DNA of 63,450 nucleotides from Girardia tigrina (GCA_001938485.1 MQRK01236233.1:15977-79426); one strand, 5' to 3'; counted from the first letter of the stretch, positions 49,312 to 61,539 are shown. Notes: a model not told the origin generated them from the letters alone. Program-made: numbers and translations.

Positions 49312-51800
49312 TTACCGTTTTCTTTTCTTCTTCCATGTCAAACTTGTCCAACATGGTGCTCTTTTAATTTCTTTTTCCGATCCAGCTGGTTTTCCTTTTT
49401 CTTTTTGAAAGAAGGATTTTTCTTTATAAAGTTCTCTAATATTCAGATTTCGCTGTTTGGATTTGAATGTGCTGATACCATGAACGACTTCCGCAACTGT
49501 CCTCTTTATTTCCACCTCATTTATTAACCAATCCTTTAAAACTGATAATTTTTGAGGTTTTCCTTCAGAAAGGCGAGTTCTCTCCCAACGCTCGACTAGA
49601 ACTTCGGGTAATTTTGCCGTCAAGGTGATGCATAATAATCCTCGTTCAATCTCAACTTCCTTGTTATTATTCTCTGATCTAGAAATAATAGCTTCCATCA
49701 ATACTACAAAGCATTCTAGGTCCTTTAAATTATTTGACCTCACTGGAAAGAACTCATTTATTTCTCTCATTAAATTGGCGTATTGCCTCTGAGCACCTCC
49801 ATATCGTTTGTCCAATTTGGCCAATATCGTTTTATAGGATTCTTTAGTTATGTCGATATTTTTGATCAATGTCTTTGGTTCGCCAATAAGGCATTGATCC
49901 AACATTATTTGCTTCGAAATATCTGACATCTTTGAGGAGTCGACACATGCCTCGAAAGTTCGCTTCCATTTTTCATACTCACCCACATCTCCAGAAAATA
50001 TGGGTAAGGTTACCAGTTGGAATTTTATGGGAATTCTATCTTCCACCACCTGCACTCGTTCCTTTTCTTTGATCAGTTTATGATTGATGTTGAATCTCTG
50101 CTTTGCAGCTGCTAGCACCTCTTCGTTTTGATCTTCTAATTTTTTCAACTCCTTGTCGATTATTGAGCTATACTCTTTTTTTCTTTAACCGTTTGGCATT
50201 AATTGCCATTGATTCGAAATCCTTCAGCCCTTCAATATAGCATTCGTTGTACGAAACCATCGTTCTATTGAGTTTTCAGTTGATATTTCCGCATGTCCGA
50301 GCTTGCCGAACTTCTTCGGCATAGCATTTTTCTATCTAATTTATCTTCATCCATTTCTATGCCTCCTTTCAGGGCAAACAGAAGATGAAGTGTAGCATTC
50401 TTAGCTATATCACTCTCCTTTCTTTTTTTTTGATCTTCTAAGAGTAATTGTTGTAAGCTGACTGGAATTTTTCCCTTGTTTTCAATTTTTGCTTTGATGT
50501 GTTTTATCGTTTCTCGATTCTTCACATCCGAGGCAATTGTTTTGCCAGAAAGCGTTTTTATGAATATCAGCAATTCTGTGTCTTTTCCTTCAAACTTTTC
50601 TTATCATCCTCATCTTCCGGCAAATCGAGATCTTCGCTGCCAACTACATCCTTCACAAAATTCAAATATTCTGAAAAGAGATTCTCACAACTGCTCTCGA
50701 GAATTGCACTATTACATTCCTTTTGTTGTTCTATAGCATCTTCTAAACTCGTCAGCTTAAATCCGGTCAGCTGGTGGGAGTGTGTGATATTTGTATTCAT
50801 TATTTGATTACTTATTTCGGATATTAAACTCGTAATATTTGTTAAAGTCGTTTAGACTCGTAATTTTTGATTTCAGTTGACTTGAATCATTGGATATTTG
50901 ATTAAGTTCTTTTCTACACTCAATTCAAGTTTTATAATAATCGTTTTCAAATAGAGATTCCATGGAAAATTCACAGAGTTATGTTTTCAATCCATTAAGA
51001 GTATCACAATTTTCCAGCTCTTTAAAATCGTCTTGTATATAGCCTTTTTAACAAATCTCACGAATATTTCTTTCACTTTCAAAAAAATCGAATTTATTTT
51101 TTCAGAAGGAATTCCTATTAGTTCGGTCAATTTAACTAGCCTTGCGACGCAATCGTTATAATCCAATTGAAAATCACATTCAAAATGATCAGTTCTGTTT
51201 ACGGAATCCACAAATTTTAATTTAATTTCTCCCATTTCAAATTGATTATTTTCCTCTCCGTCTGTTCAAACATTGCGGCCACTCTCCCTGAGCAACATCG
51301 ACAGCCGATCACCAGTGCCAAAACATGATTTACTTCCCAGACCACGACTAAGGAAAGAACAATTCACCAAATCCTCCGCATAGTCGCCGGACGAGGAATT
51401 GATCGGTGATACTCTCGATCGATCATCCAAAATCAATTGCTGACGATTCCCATTTAAGTTCAATCACGATCTGCTACCAAAATAATTAGCCATTTTTAAA
51501 TTTTGTTTTCAAATTTTCGATTTCGAATTCAATGCAAAACCCAAAACTCAATTCACCTTTTAAAAAATTTTATTATTATTTCCAATTACAAATTATTACA
51601 ATTGTTGCAGTTCAACAAACTGCAATTTAATCAATTTATTTTTTTTTACAAATTTCAAATATTTAATCAAAAAAACTAATTTTAATTTGTGACAAAACAA
51701 ATCAATTAGTGAAAATTAAAAAGAGTTCGAAGTAAATAAACAAAAATAATTATACACACAAATGTTTATACTTAATTGATTCATTAATTTGAATCTTCCC
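49312..51800 (-). mobile_element. BEL/Pao LTR retrotransposon 5' part: leader, novel N-terminal domain, ubiquitin-like domain, DUF1759 Gag (frameshifted, truncated)
   Basis: LPIFSGDVGEYEKWKRTFEACVD...LDKRYG is DUF1759. Collinear upstream ORFs at 50265-50573, 50567-50800 and 50987-51235. PBS at 51465-51479. Confidence 0.85.
50361..50573 (-). pseudogene. Ubiquitin/NEDD8-like domain embedded in the retrotransposon ORF
   Basis: LIFIKTLSGKTI...ETIKHIKAKIENKGKIP...ATLHLLFALKGG aligns end to end with ubiquitin, with a roughly 5-aa internal deletion. Confidence 0.9.
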
Positions 51801-51849
51801 TTACTTGTTTCGGGTGCAATAAAAAGGATTATATTTCCAGATACTGTTG

Positions 51850-52730
51850 GGTAAAAAACATCAGCGAGAAGTCCTCAGCGCTAGCGGCTTCTCGACAGGA
51901 GTAAAGGCGCTCCCAGAGGTTCAGTGCATGGTGAAGGGAAAATGGCTTAGGGCTATGGTGAACACCAGCCGCTCTCAATTGGTCGTCAGGCGGAGCAAAG
52001 TGGAGGAATCTGTTATAAGATTGGATAATGACAAGGTCACGTTGGCCAATGGGACGGAGATTTCGATGGGGTCCTGTATAAGAGAGAGTTCTGTAAAAGA
52101 GGTAAGATAGGCTTGTATAGTTATGAGTGAATTGTCAGAGATTTTGGATTTTTGTTTGAAATCCAGGCAATTGAGAATTTGGGGGTATTGTGCTCCATAA
52201 TGGGCATATAAAGTTTAGAGTTAATTGAGAATTTTCAAATATCTGTAGTGTCAGCATGAGTTATAATTCGAAAGAAGTGGGTGTCGAGTAGTGGTTATCG
52301 AAAAATATAACTTCAGGATTCGGTTCGACAGAGAGTGGACAATCTACTGGGATTAGAAATCAAACACATCGGAATATTTACCGAACAGTCAGACGCGATT
52401 GAAAGATTTAAAATCAAAAGATAGACGAAAAATGGATATTTTGGAAGGGTGGGATAAACGGGGTTATTTGGTGGAATACAATGAGAAGCAGATGGGTAAG
52501 TCGGTGGGATAAATTCCGACTTATGGTATCGTTCAGGTGAATTAAAAAAATCAGACCAGTTTTTGATTTCAGAGAAGTAAATAAAGACATTGACGTTTAC
52601 AGCGGATCGTCGGATGCATGCACATAAAGATTAAGCGAGTGGAGGAGAAAAAGTAACCAATTCGAAATATTGGATCTTTCAAACGCATACATGCAAATTC
52701 ATGTTGATCCTGCTTTGTGATACTGATACT
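51850..52730 (+). mobile_element. Highly decayed Gypsy protease/RT fragment
   Basis: VKGKWLRAMVNTS (decayed A-x-VDTG), FDFREVN and LDLSNAYMQIHVDP remnants. Confidence 0.65.
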
Positions 52731-52789
52731 GGTTTTTGTCGGTATATTCTAAATTTTCAACACAGACCAACAAAATCTCGCGTCTAAAA

Positions 52790-53122
52790 TTGCGTGCAGA
52801 ATTTTTTTTGACTGAATTTCCAAAGCCTACTATTACTACATGCGAAATCTCATTCNNNNNNNNNNNNNNNNNNNNNNNNNNNNNNNNNNNNNNNNNNNNN
52901 NNNNNNNNNNNNNNNNNNNNNNNNNNNNNNNNNNNNNNNNNNNNNNNNNNNNNNNNNNNNNNNNNNNNNNNNNNNNNNNNNNNNNNNNNNNNNNNNNNNN
53001 NNNNNNTCCTGAAAATTTCAAGTCACCAGCACAACGGGAAGTGGGTGAAATTTCGATCGCAAGATTTGATCCATACAGACAAACAAACAAACAAACAAAT
53101 GAAACGTAATAAAAGCTTGTAA
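52790..53122 (+). mobile_element. Second HINE-like copy (family of 7032-7395), gapped
   Basis: Shared gactgaatt...caaagcctactat, acgggaagtgg...ttcgatcgcaagatttgat...(AACA)n...taataaaagcttgtaa. Confidence 0.65.
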
Positions 53123-54999
53123 AAAATACATTTAGGAGCTACTTTTCTAATTTCGGTAACAGCCCCAGCTTATTCAGAAATCATCCTTGAGCATCAGTCT
53201 GTAGCCAATACCAATGCATTATTTATATCAATATATTTCTAAATTTTTCAAGAATACGTTTCCCAGGAATTTAATCTGTTACTCTGGATTTTCGAATTCT
53301 TTTCTTTTATTTTATATGAATTTTTATAACTATATTTTTATTGGTGCACCGATTAAATAGTGAACGAAAAAATAGCGCCGACAAAAAGCGATGAGAAAAT
53401 AGAGCCGACAAAATAGTGCTAATATTTAATTATTCAAAAATAATTCATAAAAATATTCTAAACTAATTTTAATTTTGTTGTCAAAGATGATTTAATCTTT
53501 TTAAGGAAACTGATTTAAATTTTTTGTCGTCACTATTATTGATGAATATTTCAATTTTTATTCTTGATACATTATTTAATTTCGATTCTAATAAATTGAA
53601 TTGAAAAGAAACATTTTATTTTGATTCAAAATTTGAATTTTGATCTGATTGTGATTAAAAAAGACAGTTTAGTTTTTGATTCTGATTACAATGATTTGTC
53701 TGAATGATTTTATAACAAAATGACTCCAGTACTTTAAATCAACCGAACTTCTAATATATTCCCTCAATCTTCTGCCATCTCTGTCCGGTCTTCGAAACAA
53801 CATGGGGATCGGGTGGAACACTTATATTTAAAAAAAACAAAATGAAATTGATTTATTAGTCTCACCAACTAGTTTAATTTTCGGAAATACTGTACTTACT
53901 GCATTTTGACTTGCCTTTTCAAAATTTTCATCACACTCTAGAGTGCTAGTTTCAAACTTAGCTCCATTAGTTTCTTGAAGAGTTGAACATACTTGGTGAT
54001 CTCAGAGCGGCAGATTGAGCGCGGCAGCCACACCCAGAGTTCTTTAACTAGTGTCATGTTGTTGTTTTCTGGTTATCGAAATTTACTGTCCAATCACCAA
54101 TTTGGCCCTAAAGAGGGTCGTGCTTCCTTCGCAAATTTCTGCGTTCTCAGCTGAATCTCCCAATAGCAGCAGTACCACTCCCGTCTGCTGCAGTAAGAAT
54201 TCTGTGACACAAAACTCAGTTAAACATAAATAATTTACACATAAAATTTCATAACAATTAAAATTTTAATTTTTCTTCTTTTTTTATATTCTCAAACACT
54301 CGAATTTCAGTTTAGATAGCAGGTGTGCATATATGGGGGTCACAGCACAGTGATCAATGAGTGCACAAAACTCAGGTGAAACCTTAAATATGTCATCAAT
54401 GAACTATAGAGAATATGTGTCAAGTAATTGTAAATTGACATCTGTTCGAAATAAAAAACATGAAATCCAATATTAATCGAGGTGGCACTGTAATATCATG
54501 CAGAGAATAAAATCAATATTTAACAATTATATCGTCAAATGTGTAATTATGTAAATAAATTCTAATTTTTAAATGAAAATAAAAAAACAAAAATCAGCTC
54601 TATTTTGTCATTCGGTATTTTGCCGGGGAACTGAAATCCACGTACACAGCCAAAGTGATGCATAATCGTGGGACTACTACTCATGATTGGTTGTTTCTCA
54701 CTGCATTGATGAAGCGTTGGTGGAAACGTAAGACTGACATCCAATTCGAAGCCTATCGGGGGCCTTATAGAATTATTTTGTTCGGGTGGATCTTAAGATC
54801 ATATATGATGAAAACCATTCTTGAAGAGAGAAGTGAAGGGTCGCTTTGTGTTACGCCATGTTTTGAAAAATATCATACAACAACATCTGAATCTGATTGA
54901 GTGATTTGTGTTACATTTTAATTCCATTTTGATATTTTTTATAATACACTTAAAATAAATATATATGAAAATTGTATTATATTTTGTTATAAGTCTAAA

Positions 55000-55290
55000 A
55001 GAAGGACATTCCTTCAGAATGTCATATGATGTGATCCTTGGGTTCACAACTACTGCTATTCTGATGAGTTTATCATCCATTGGAGTCGAATTCTGAGGAC
55101 GGCCTTCGAACGATGTCGATTGTGAACAGAACCCATTTCAGCATATGTCTTGAGAATATAAGACACAGACTTGAAATGAATTCCCAAACGTTCAGCAATA
55201 GCTTTATGAGTATGTACTTCTTCTTTCAAGATAAGCACCTGGGCACGCTTCTCAATTGAAATTGGTGTAGAGCTATTCATTTTGATCTAT
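55000..55290 (-). mobile_element. Tc1 transposase N-terminal (paired-like HTH) fragment
   Basis: ISIEKRAQVLILKEE...AIAERLGIH...RHRS/GRPQNSTPMDDKLIRIAV...NPRITS. Confidence 0.75.
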
Positions 55291-58200
55291 TTAGCAATGC
55301 ATTAAATTAATAAATACTAATAGTGTTGGGATATTGGTGTATTTAAATTATTATCGTAATAACAATTTATAAAAACTGAAAGTAAAACAAGAATTTATTT
55401 ATATAAGATTTATTAATAATTACAGTAGTTTACAATTGATATTTTACAGACTTAACTTATTCAGAATTTGGATTTTAGGTATAAGGGAGAAAGTACTTTT
55501 TCTACCCTTGGTATTTTATACGTATATAAAAGATATATTAAAAANNNNNNNNNNNNNNNNNNNNNNNNNNNNNNNNNNNNNNNNNNNNNNNNNNNNNNNN
55601 NNNNNNNNNNNNNNNNNNNNNNNNNNNNNNNNNNNNNNNNNNNNNNNNNNCGCAATCTGGCTTCCGGTTTCTCAATAATTTTACCAGCTGTCCTGTCTTT
55701 CAAGTCTAATTAATTCTGAACACGCAACTGACTTTTTCTCGTCACGCAATTCTTGCACTTTAAAATAAAATAATTAAGGTCGTCTTCTTTTACGTCTTTA
55801 ACGTTTTCTTTTTCTCTTATCTTTTATACGTCTTCTTGGATACCTTTTTGAATGTCTTTGAGTGTCATCTTCTTTAAAATCTTTCTCCTTTATATAGTGA
55901 CTTTCTTACTTTAAATCTTTTTTATTTATCTTATAAAATAAGCTATTTCTTTAAATCACATAAATAACTTTTAATTTAACTCCATCTATTTATTATTATT
56001 ATTCATTTTAATTAATTTATTTATATATATTCTATATTTATTTTAGATAAAAAGTAAATATTTCTATTTAACTTTAAGAATTTAAACAATTTATTAAAAT
56101 AATATATTAAATTAAAATACTATCTCAACAATAGTGTGGATATAAACCAATGACGTGGATTTTAAAATGTGAGTAATAACATTACAAATTTAAATAAAAA
56201 TATTTTTTTAAATAAGTAAAAATACAAATTAAGAAGTTAAATTCAAAAAAAGTGCGTAATTATGCATTTATGCAATGCATTTTTGATAATGCGTTTGGGT
56301 TAACACTGAAAATTATCACTGTTCCCCAATTAGATGATTATGATATTGCAATAATTATAAAGATTGTAAATTGTAATTTGGGATCAGAATAAATTATTCC
56401 TTACTTTATTCTAAATTGTTCTGGATAACTAACAAAACATATTTCAAATAAATTTTTATTCTTTGAATTCTTATTTACAACAAAATTTATCAAGATGAGC
56501 ATATTACATTAAAACTCTACAAGGATTTTTTAACATGGGTACAACATAATCATTTATACACAGGTTGTGGAAAAAAGATTAATTCAACTAGAAAGGATCC
56601 TAATTTAGAATTTGGTACCATTTTGTTTTCTGTAACAGAAGGTACAAGTTTCGAAACTAGTTTATATGATAATTTTGTAAAATCTCGCATGTTATATTGC
56701 CAATTGTGAAACATTTTCAAATTACAAAAGCTTAAGTTTTTAACAAATTTTGAAAAGATTCTTTCGCATAATATATAAAGTAAAAAATAAATTTTTAAAC
56801 CCACCTTCCCCTTGTAACAGACCATAACATAACCATGAATCCCCTATGCAAAATGTTTGACAATGTTTTTCAATTTAAATATAATAGCTTAAAATTTTAG
56901 CGTGAGTTTCTCCCACCTTTTTTTCTTTTTCATCTTATACCCTATCTTCTGTTTGGCATGAACCCTTTTTTATTGTTTACCTTTCCACGTGATCTGTCTT
57001 TCTTTCATTAGTTTTTAGTTTGTGAAGTGGGGTGACGATTTTATTGGTTTGGTATGGCTCATGCTATATTTATTTATCTCGAGATATGCTTATTTACTTA
57101 TTTATGTTTTATTTATTTCATGTTATTCATGTTATCTATCAAGATGTAAGAATATTTTACAGAAAGACTGTTCAGAAAATAAAAAAGGAAGTAATGAGAA
57201 AGAAAGATAAATAATGACGAAGAAAATAATAATTTCAAAAATTTCATAATTATCAAAATTCAAAATGACATTCAATAAATCGAATTTCATAAAATAATTA
57301 ATTCCCGAGAAACTGCAAATTAAGACAATCTGCTGCGTTTTTGATGCCCTATTTCAATTGAAGGCTCCAATACATTTTTTTGATAATTTAAATCGAGAAA
57401 GACTATCCTTCTTTTGTTAACTACTGGACCGATCTGCCTAAATATCCTGTTGAAGTTTTGTAGTGATAATTATCGTTAGATTATTATTTGGTTTGAAAAC
57501 ATTATTTTTTATTACAGTTTTGTTGGATTATGCTTAGTTATTTATTATACGGAATCATTAATAAGAGGTGTTTGAATTTTAGTTTATTTTACATATATTA
57601 CGGGGTAAAAGAAATCAGATTGACATAGAAACTACTGACTCTATCTTATATTTTTTTGAGTTAGTCTGATTTTTTTTGCAACTACCAACTAAGTTCACCA
57701 AATTATATTTATTTTGGTTAACTTAGTTCGTTTCTTATCTTAGTTAGAACAACAGTTTTGACTGCTAGAAAGCAAAGAATCAAATCTTTTGTTCTACAAA
57801 AATTATGATAATAAAAATGAACGAAATGAAAGTATCGTAATCTTAACTTGATAGTTTAATAAAAAAATGAGTTAATAAACTGTAAATAAATTTTACTTTA
57901 ATAATTGAAATTTTCAAAACTTCCTATTAAATTAGTAACAAATAAAATTCATCCCTATCTGGTGTATATATTGTAAAAAGTTTTTATTCATTCTGCCAAT
58001 TCATTCAAGATGCTTTTAACGTTCATTACTGGAAATTGTGTTAATTCTTCTTTTGTTGGTTCATTTTGTTGTGACAGTTAATCCTTATATTGTGTTACCT
58101 TTATCAATACACTTTTATCTGTAAATTTATTGATTGCAAATTAATGAAAATAAATTTTAATCATGGAACATATTGAGAAACCAATACGGGTTTCTCAAAT

Positions 58201-58299
58201 TTATTTTCTTAAGAGTGCTGTCTTTGAGACAATTCTCAGCCAAGCTTTCATAATTTGATATCTCGCTAAATTAATTAATTTTTGTTAATGTCTTGTTAA

Positions 58300-58705
58300 T
58301 AAACAATTATTCGAACAAATTTTCCTTTTAAATGATTTTCAGATTTTATTTTAAAAATTCTACTTTTATAATTTCGTAAATAATTTTATCTAAAATTAAT
58401 TTAATTTTATAATGATTTTATTTAAAGAAAAACATTTATTTATTCAATTTAAAAATAAATTAAAAATTATTTACTTTATTAAAATTTTTAATATTCAAAT
58501 TTTAAACGATTTAATATTTTAAAAGTTTTTTAATATATTATATTGTAAATTTAAATTCAAACTATGGTCGAATAACTATCCGTCGTGAAAATACAAAATA
58601 CAAATTTTCCATCTGGGTGGGAGAAACACATTTCTAAATACTAAACTCAACATTCAAAATTCAACATACCAATTTCAACATATAAAATTTAAAATATTTC
58701 TCACA
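58300..58705 (-). repeat. TGTGAGGAATATT-family LTR-like repeat
   Basis: TGTGAGAAATATTTT...GTGTTTCTCCCACCCAGATGG, homologous to 6630-6974. Confidence 0.6.
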
Positions 58706-59148
58706 GAACAAATTATTAACCCTTTTTTTCTTGTTACAAAGCATAAAAAACCTTAAATCATCTTTACCGTTACATAATCTGAGAAAGATCCTAAATCAAA
58801 TATTCACATATCATTTATAATTTTTAGATTCTCTGATGAGTCAAAGACAAGTATTTTTTCAAAAGTATTTTTTGATTTCAAGGCTGACATTTATATTTTC
58901 TTCACAACTCACCATCAAAAGATATGTGATTCTATATTCTGTTCCGAAAATATTCAGTATTTCAAGGATCTAAATGTGGTCTCTCAAGAATGAAATTACT
59001 GACTCTGATACTAGTCCATTTAGATTCTTTAAAAGAATAATTGAAGCAATAAAATAAAAAAAATACAACAAAACAAGGTAAATGAAAATGTATTTCTTTT
59101 TCATTTATTAAAAACATCAATTTGAAAGAAATCATGACAAATAATTTA

Positions 59149-61395
59149 TTATTCATTCAAAATTTGAATCTTTTCTATTACTTTTTGTCCTTCAATTTTC
59201 ATTTTATCTTTGAGGGTTCCAATGGTAATCGGTATTTGCAATGGTTCTCTTACTACAGCATTCGATCCTCCGTATTTTTCTATAATTTCATCCACTGATC
59301 CTTGAACTCTTTTAGTTAGAAAATCTATTGGCATAAAACTAGGAAGATTGGACAACTCTTTATTTGTCTCTTCTTCAATTGGCCATTTCCACAATTCGTA
59401 TAATGGACAGAGATTCATAGCAGTAATAAGAGAAGTTTCTTTAATCCATAATTGAATTTTTTCTGAATCAGATTTTTTTTTGTTTTCTTTGGCTAATATA
59501 TTATATCTCCGAAATATCTGAGCATAAAGTTCCCACCCAAAGCTATTTCTCAGTTGAGCATAAATTCCTAAGCCTATAAAAGGGTTTAATTTCCAATCAG
59601 CAAATGTACCTCCATTAATATATGTAATAATACTTTCGTAAATGTTTTTTTCTTTGAGCCATCCTTCTGTTAGAGACCATGAACTTACATTTCTCATAGA
59701 CTCAATACCAACAAGTGTGAATATGTTATTTGTAATTTCTCCAGAACCGGTAAAAGTAAAAAGCGAATCCTGTAAATTATGTCCAACTTCATGAAGAATA
59801 CCCCATTCACCTTCACGTTTTATTTTATTTTGGTCAAAAATAAAACTGGAAGTTAATCCTGGGTTTGCTACAAAGTGAATCATTGTACCTATAGGATAAC
59901 CAGCGTGCATATAGCCGGCTAGAATTTGAATGTCTGTTGATATTATTTCTCTTTTGCTTTCAGACACAGATTTCCCTCTCAAATGTAGTTGTTCTTTTAT
60001 CATTGAATCATAGAGTTCTAAAATTGGCCCAGGTTCGGCCATGCTTCGTATGGCACTGGAGCAAACTATAAAGACAACGGTATCACCTGCAATGATAGCC
60101 CATGGTGAACTTGACTGTTGCATTTTTTTCCAATCTTTACTTAATTCGTCATCTCGTCTATCATACATTGGAACTTGAGTAACTCCCATTAACTTAATTT
60201 CCACAAAATCATTACTTTTTTCGCACGATAATGATAAAAGGCCACCAAAGGCAAAATTTAACTTCTTTAACTTTCCTTGCTCCAATTCAAACTCAGTGTT
60301 TGTCACTGGCCATTTATTCCATTCATCTTTGTTAAACACATTAAATAAATGAAAGTTTACATATAATGTACATGTTTTAGATTTAGATTTAGTTATTTCA
60401 ACAGAAATGTCTTCTCCTGGAGGCATATACAATCCTAACTGAGCCTTTTCATCATCAAACTTTAAATTCAACGACATTATTACGTTTATAATTTTGGATT
60501 TATTTAGTTGTATTTTTCCAGGATAAAACGACAAACCTGGAGCGATAAATTTGTTACCAAGAGGTTGAATTAATAACGCATTAATTAAACCTAATATAGC
60601 CTTATCTGAATTATTTTGAACAGGATTATTCAAACAAGGTATGATGGATTTAACGTGTGACAGATGAACTGGAAATAATTTTTTTATGCCTTTTCTTATA
60701 TTCTCTAGTTTACTTATTTCCATTATCTTTTCGAATTGCATATTTAGTAAAATGCTTGTGAGATGGGGTGAAACATTAACGGCATTTAATAGACTAGTTC
60801 CAGCATAATCAAGAATATGAACCAACGGAAACGTTTCAATAACTATTTCATTCAAAATGGTTATATTGTCATTGTATGAATTTAATGAAGGCCATACCCC
60901 TGCTGCAAGGAATAGAGGTTTTAGTTCGCTATTTGGAAGTTTTTGCAGATAATGATGATAAGCCCAGGGTTTAATTCCAATGACTATTCTTAATCCATAT
61001 TTTACTAATTCTAAGAGCACATTAGTTGCATCTGTTCCAAGTCTGTTATGTGAGTTCCAAATTAAATGAGTTGAAATAATTTTTCCAGAGTTCTTTTGAG
61101 AGTTTAATTTCTCAATTACATCGATTGTTGCTTCTGTCGGATTCACATTGTTCTCTCCATAAACAGAACTGAAAAAATCACTTAAATCTGATTTGAAAGA
61201 ACTGGAGATGTATTTCTCAGATCCCATAAAACCGACTCGACCTTTTCCAATATTTGAAATAGAAAAGATAACTTTATTTTGAGTTGTAACCGCATAAGGT
61301 ATAACGTTATTTTCTATCAAATAGAAGTCACCGTAGTTGTTGCTGATTCCTATACTGAAACCTCGTCGATCTCTCTCACTTAAATGTTTATTTAC
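59149..61395 (-). CDS. M60-like zinc metallopeptidase / TRPM8 channel-associated factor (FAM115/TCAF)-like, terminal exon
   Basis: About 748-codon intact frame with GLYMPPG, FGGLL, TDIQILAGYMHAGYP, WGILHEVGHNLQ...GEITNNIF and QLRNSFGW. Acceptor ttttttttcag-like site ends at 61396, extending the ORF-track start by 25 codons. Upstream exons are not visible. Confidence 0.9.
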   Translation of the reverse strand, partial: VNKHLSERDRRGFSIGISNNYGDFYLIENNVIPYAVTTQNKVIFSISNIGKGRVGFMGSEKYISSSFKSDLSDFFSSVYGENNVNPTEATIDVIEKLNSQKNSGKIISTHLIWNSHNRLGTDATNVLLELVKYGLRIVIGIKPWAYHHYLQKLPNSELKPLFLAAGVWPSLNSYNDNITILNEIVIETFPLVHILDYAGTSLLNAVNVSPHLTSILLNMQFEKIMEISKLENIRKGIKKLFPVHLSHVKSIIPCLNNPVQNNSDKAILGLINALLIQPLGNKFIAPGLSFYPGKIQLNKSKIINVIMSLNLKFDDEKAQLGLYMPPGEDISVEITKSKSKTCTLYVNFHLFNVFNKDEWNKWPVTNTEFELEQGKLKKLNFAFGGLLSLSCEKSNDFVEIKLMGVTQVPMYDRRDDELSKDWKKMQQSSSPWAIIAGDTVVFIVCSSAIRSMAEPGPILELYDSMIKEQLHLRGKSVSESKREIISTDIQILAGYMHAGYPIGTMIHFVANPGLTSSFIFDQNKIKREGEWGILHEVGHNLQDSLFTFTGSGEITNNIFTLVGIESMRNVSSWSLTEGWLKEKNIYESIITYINGGTFADWKLNPFIGLGIYAQLRNSFGWELYAQIFRRYNILAKENKKKSDSEKIQLWIKETSLITAMNLCPLYELWKWPIEEETNKELSNLPSFMPIDFLTKRVQGSVDEIIEKYGGSNAVVREPLQIPITIGTLKDKMKIEGQKVIEKIQILNE

Positions 61396-61440
61396 CTGAA
61401 AAAAAGATATAGCAATTAAGAATGAATTAAAAATACAATC

Positions 61441-61441
<1 letters not shown>

Positions 61442-61516
<75 letters not shown>
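61442..61516. repeat. (AAT)n microsatellite
   Basis: Seen directly in the sequence. Confidence 0.95.
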
Positions 61517-61517
<1 letters not shown>

Positions 61518-61539
61518 CATGCAGAGTTAACGCTGCATA

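Noticed and set aside
50265-50573. Host ubiquitin or ubiquitin-ribosomal fusion gene
   Set aside because: Far too divergent from near-invariant ubiquitin, lacks an ATG or an RPL40/RPS27a tail, and is embedded in a TE reading frame.
51266-51463. 65-aa ORF in the element leader
   Set aside because: Starts at TTG within the PBS/leader. Its conservation is better explained by RNA structure.
58833-58852. CTGATGAGTCAAAGAC hammerhead-like start
   Set aside because: No GAAA follows stem II and there is no convincing stem I or III.
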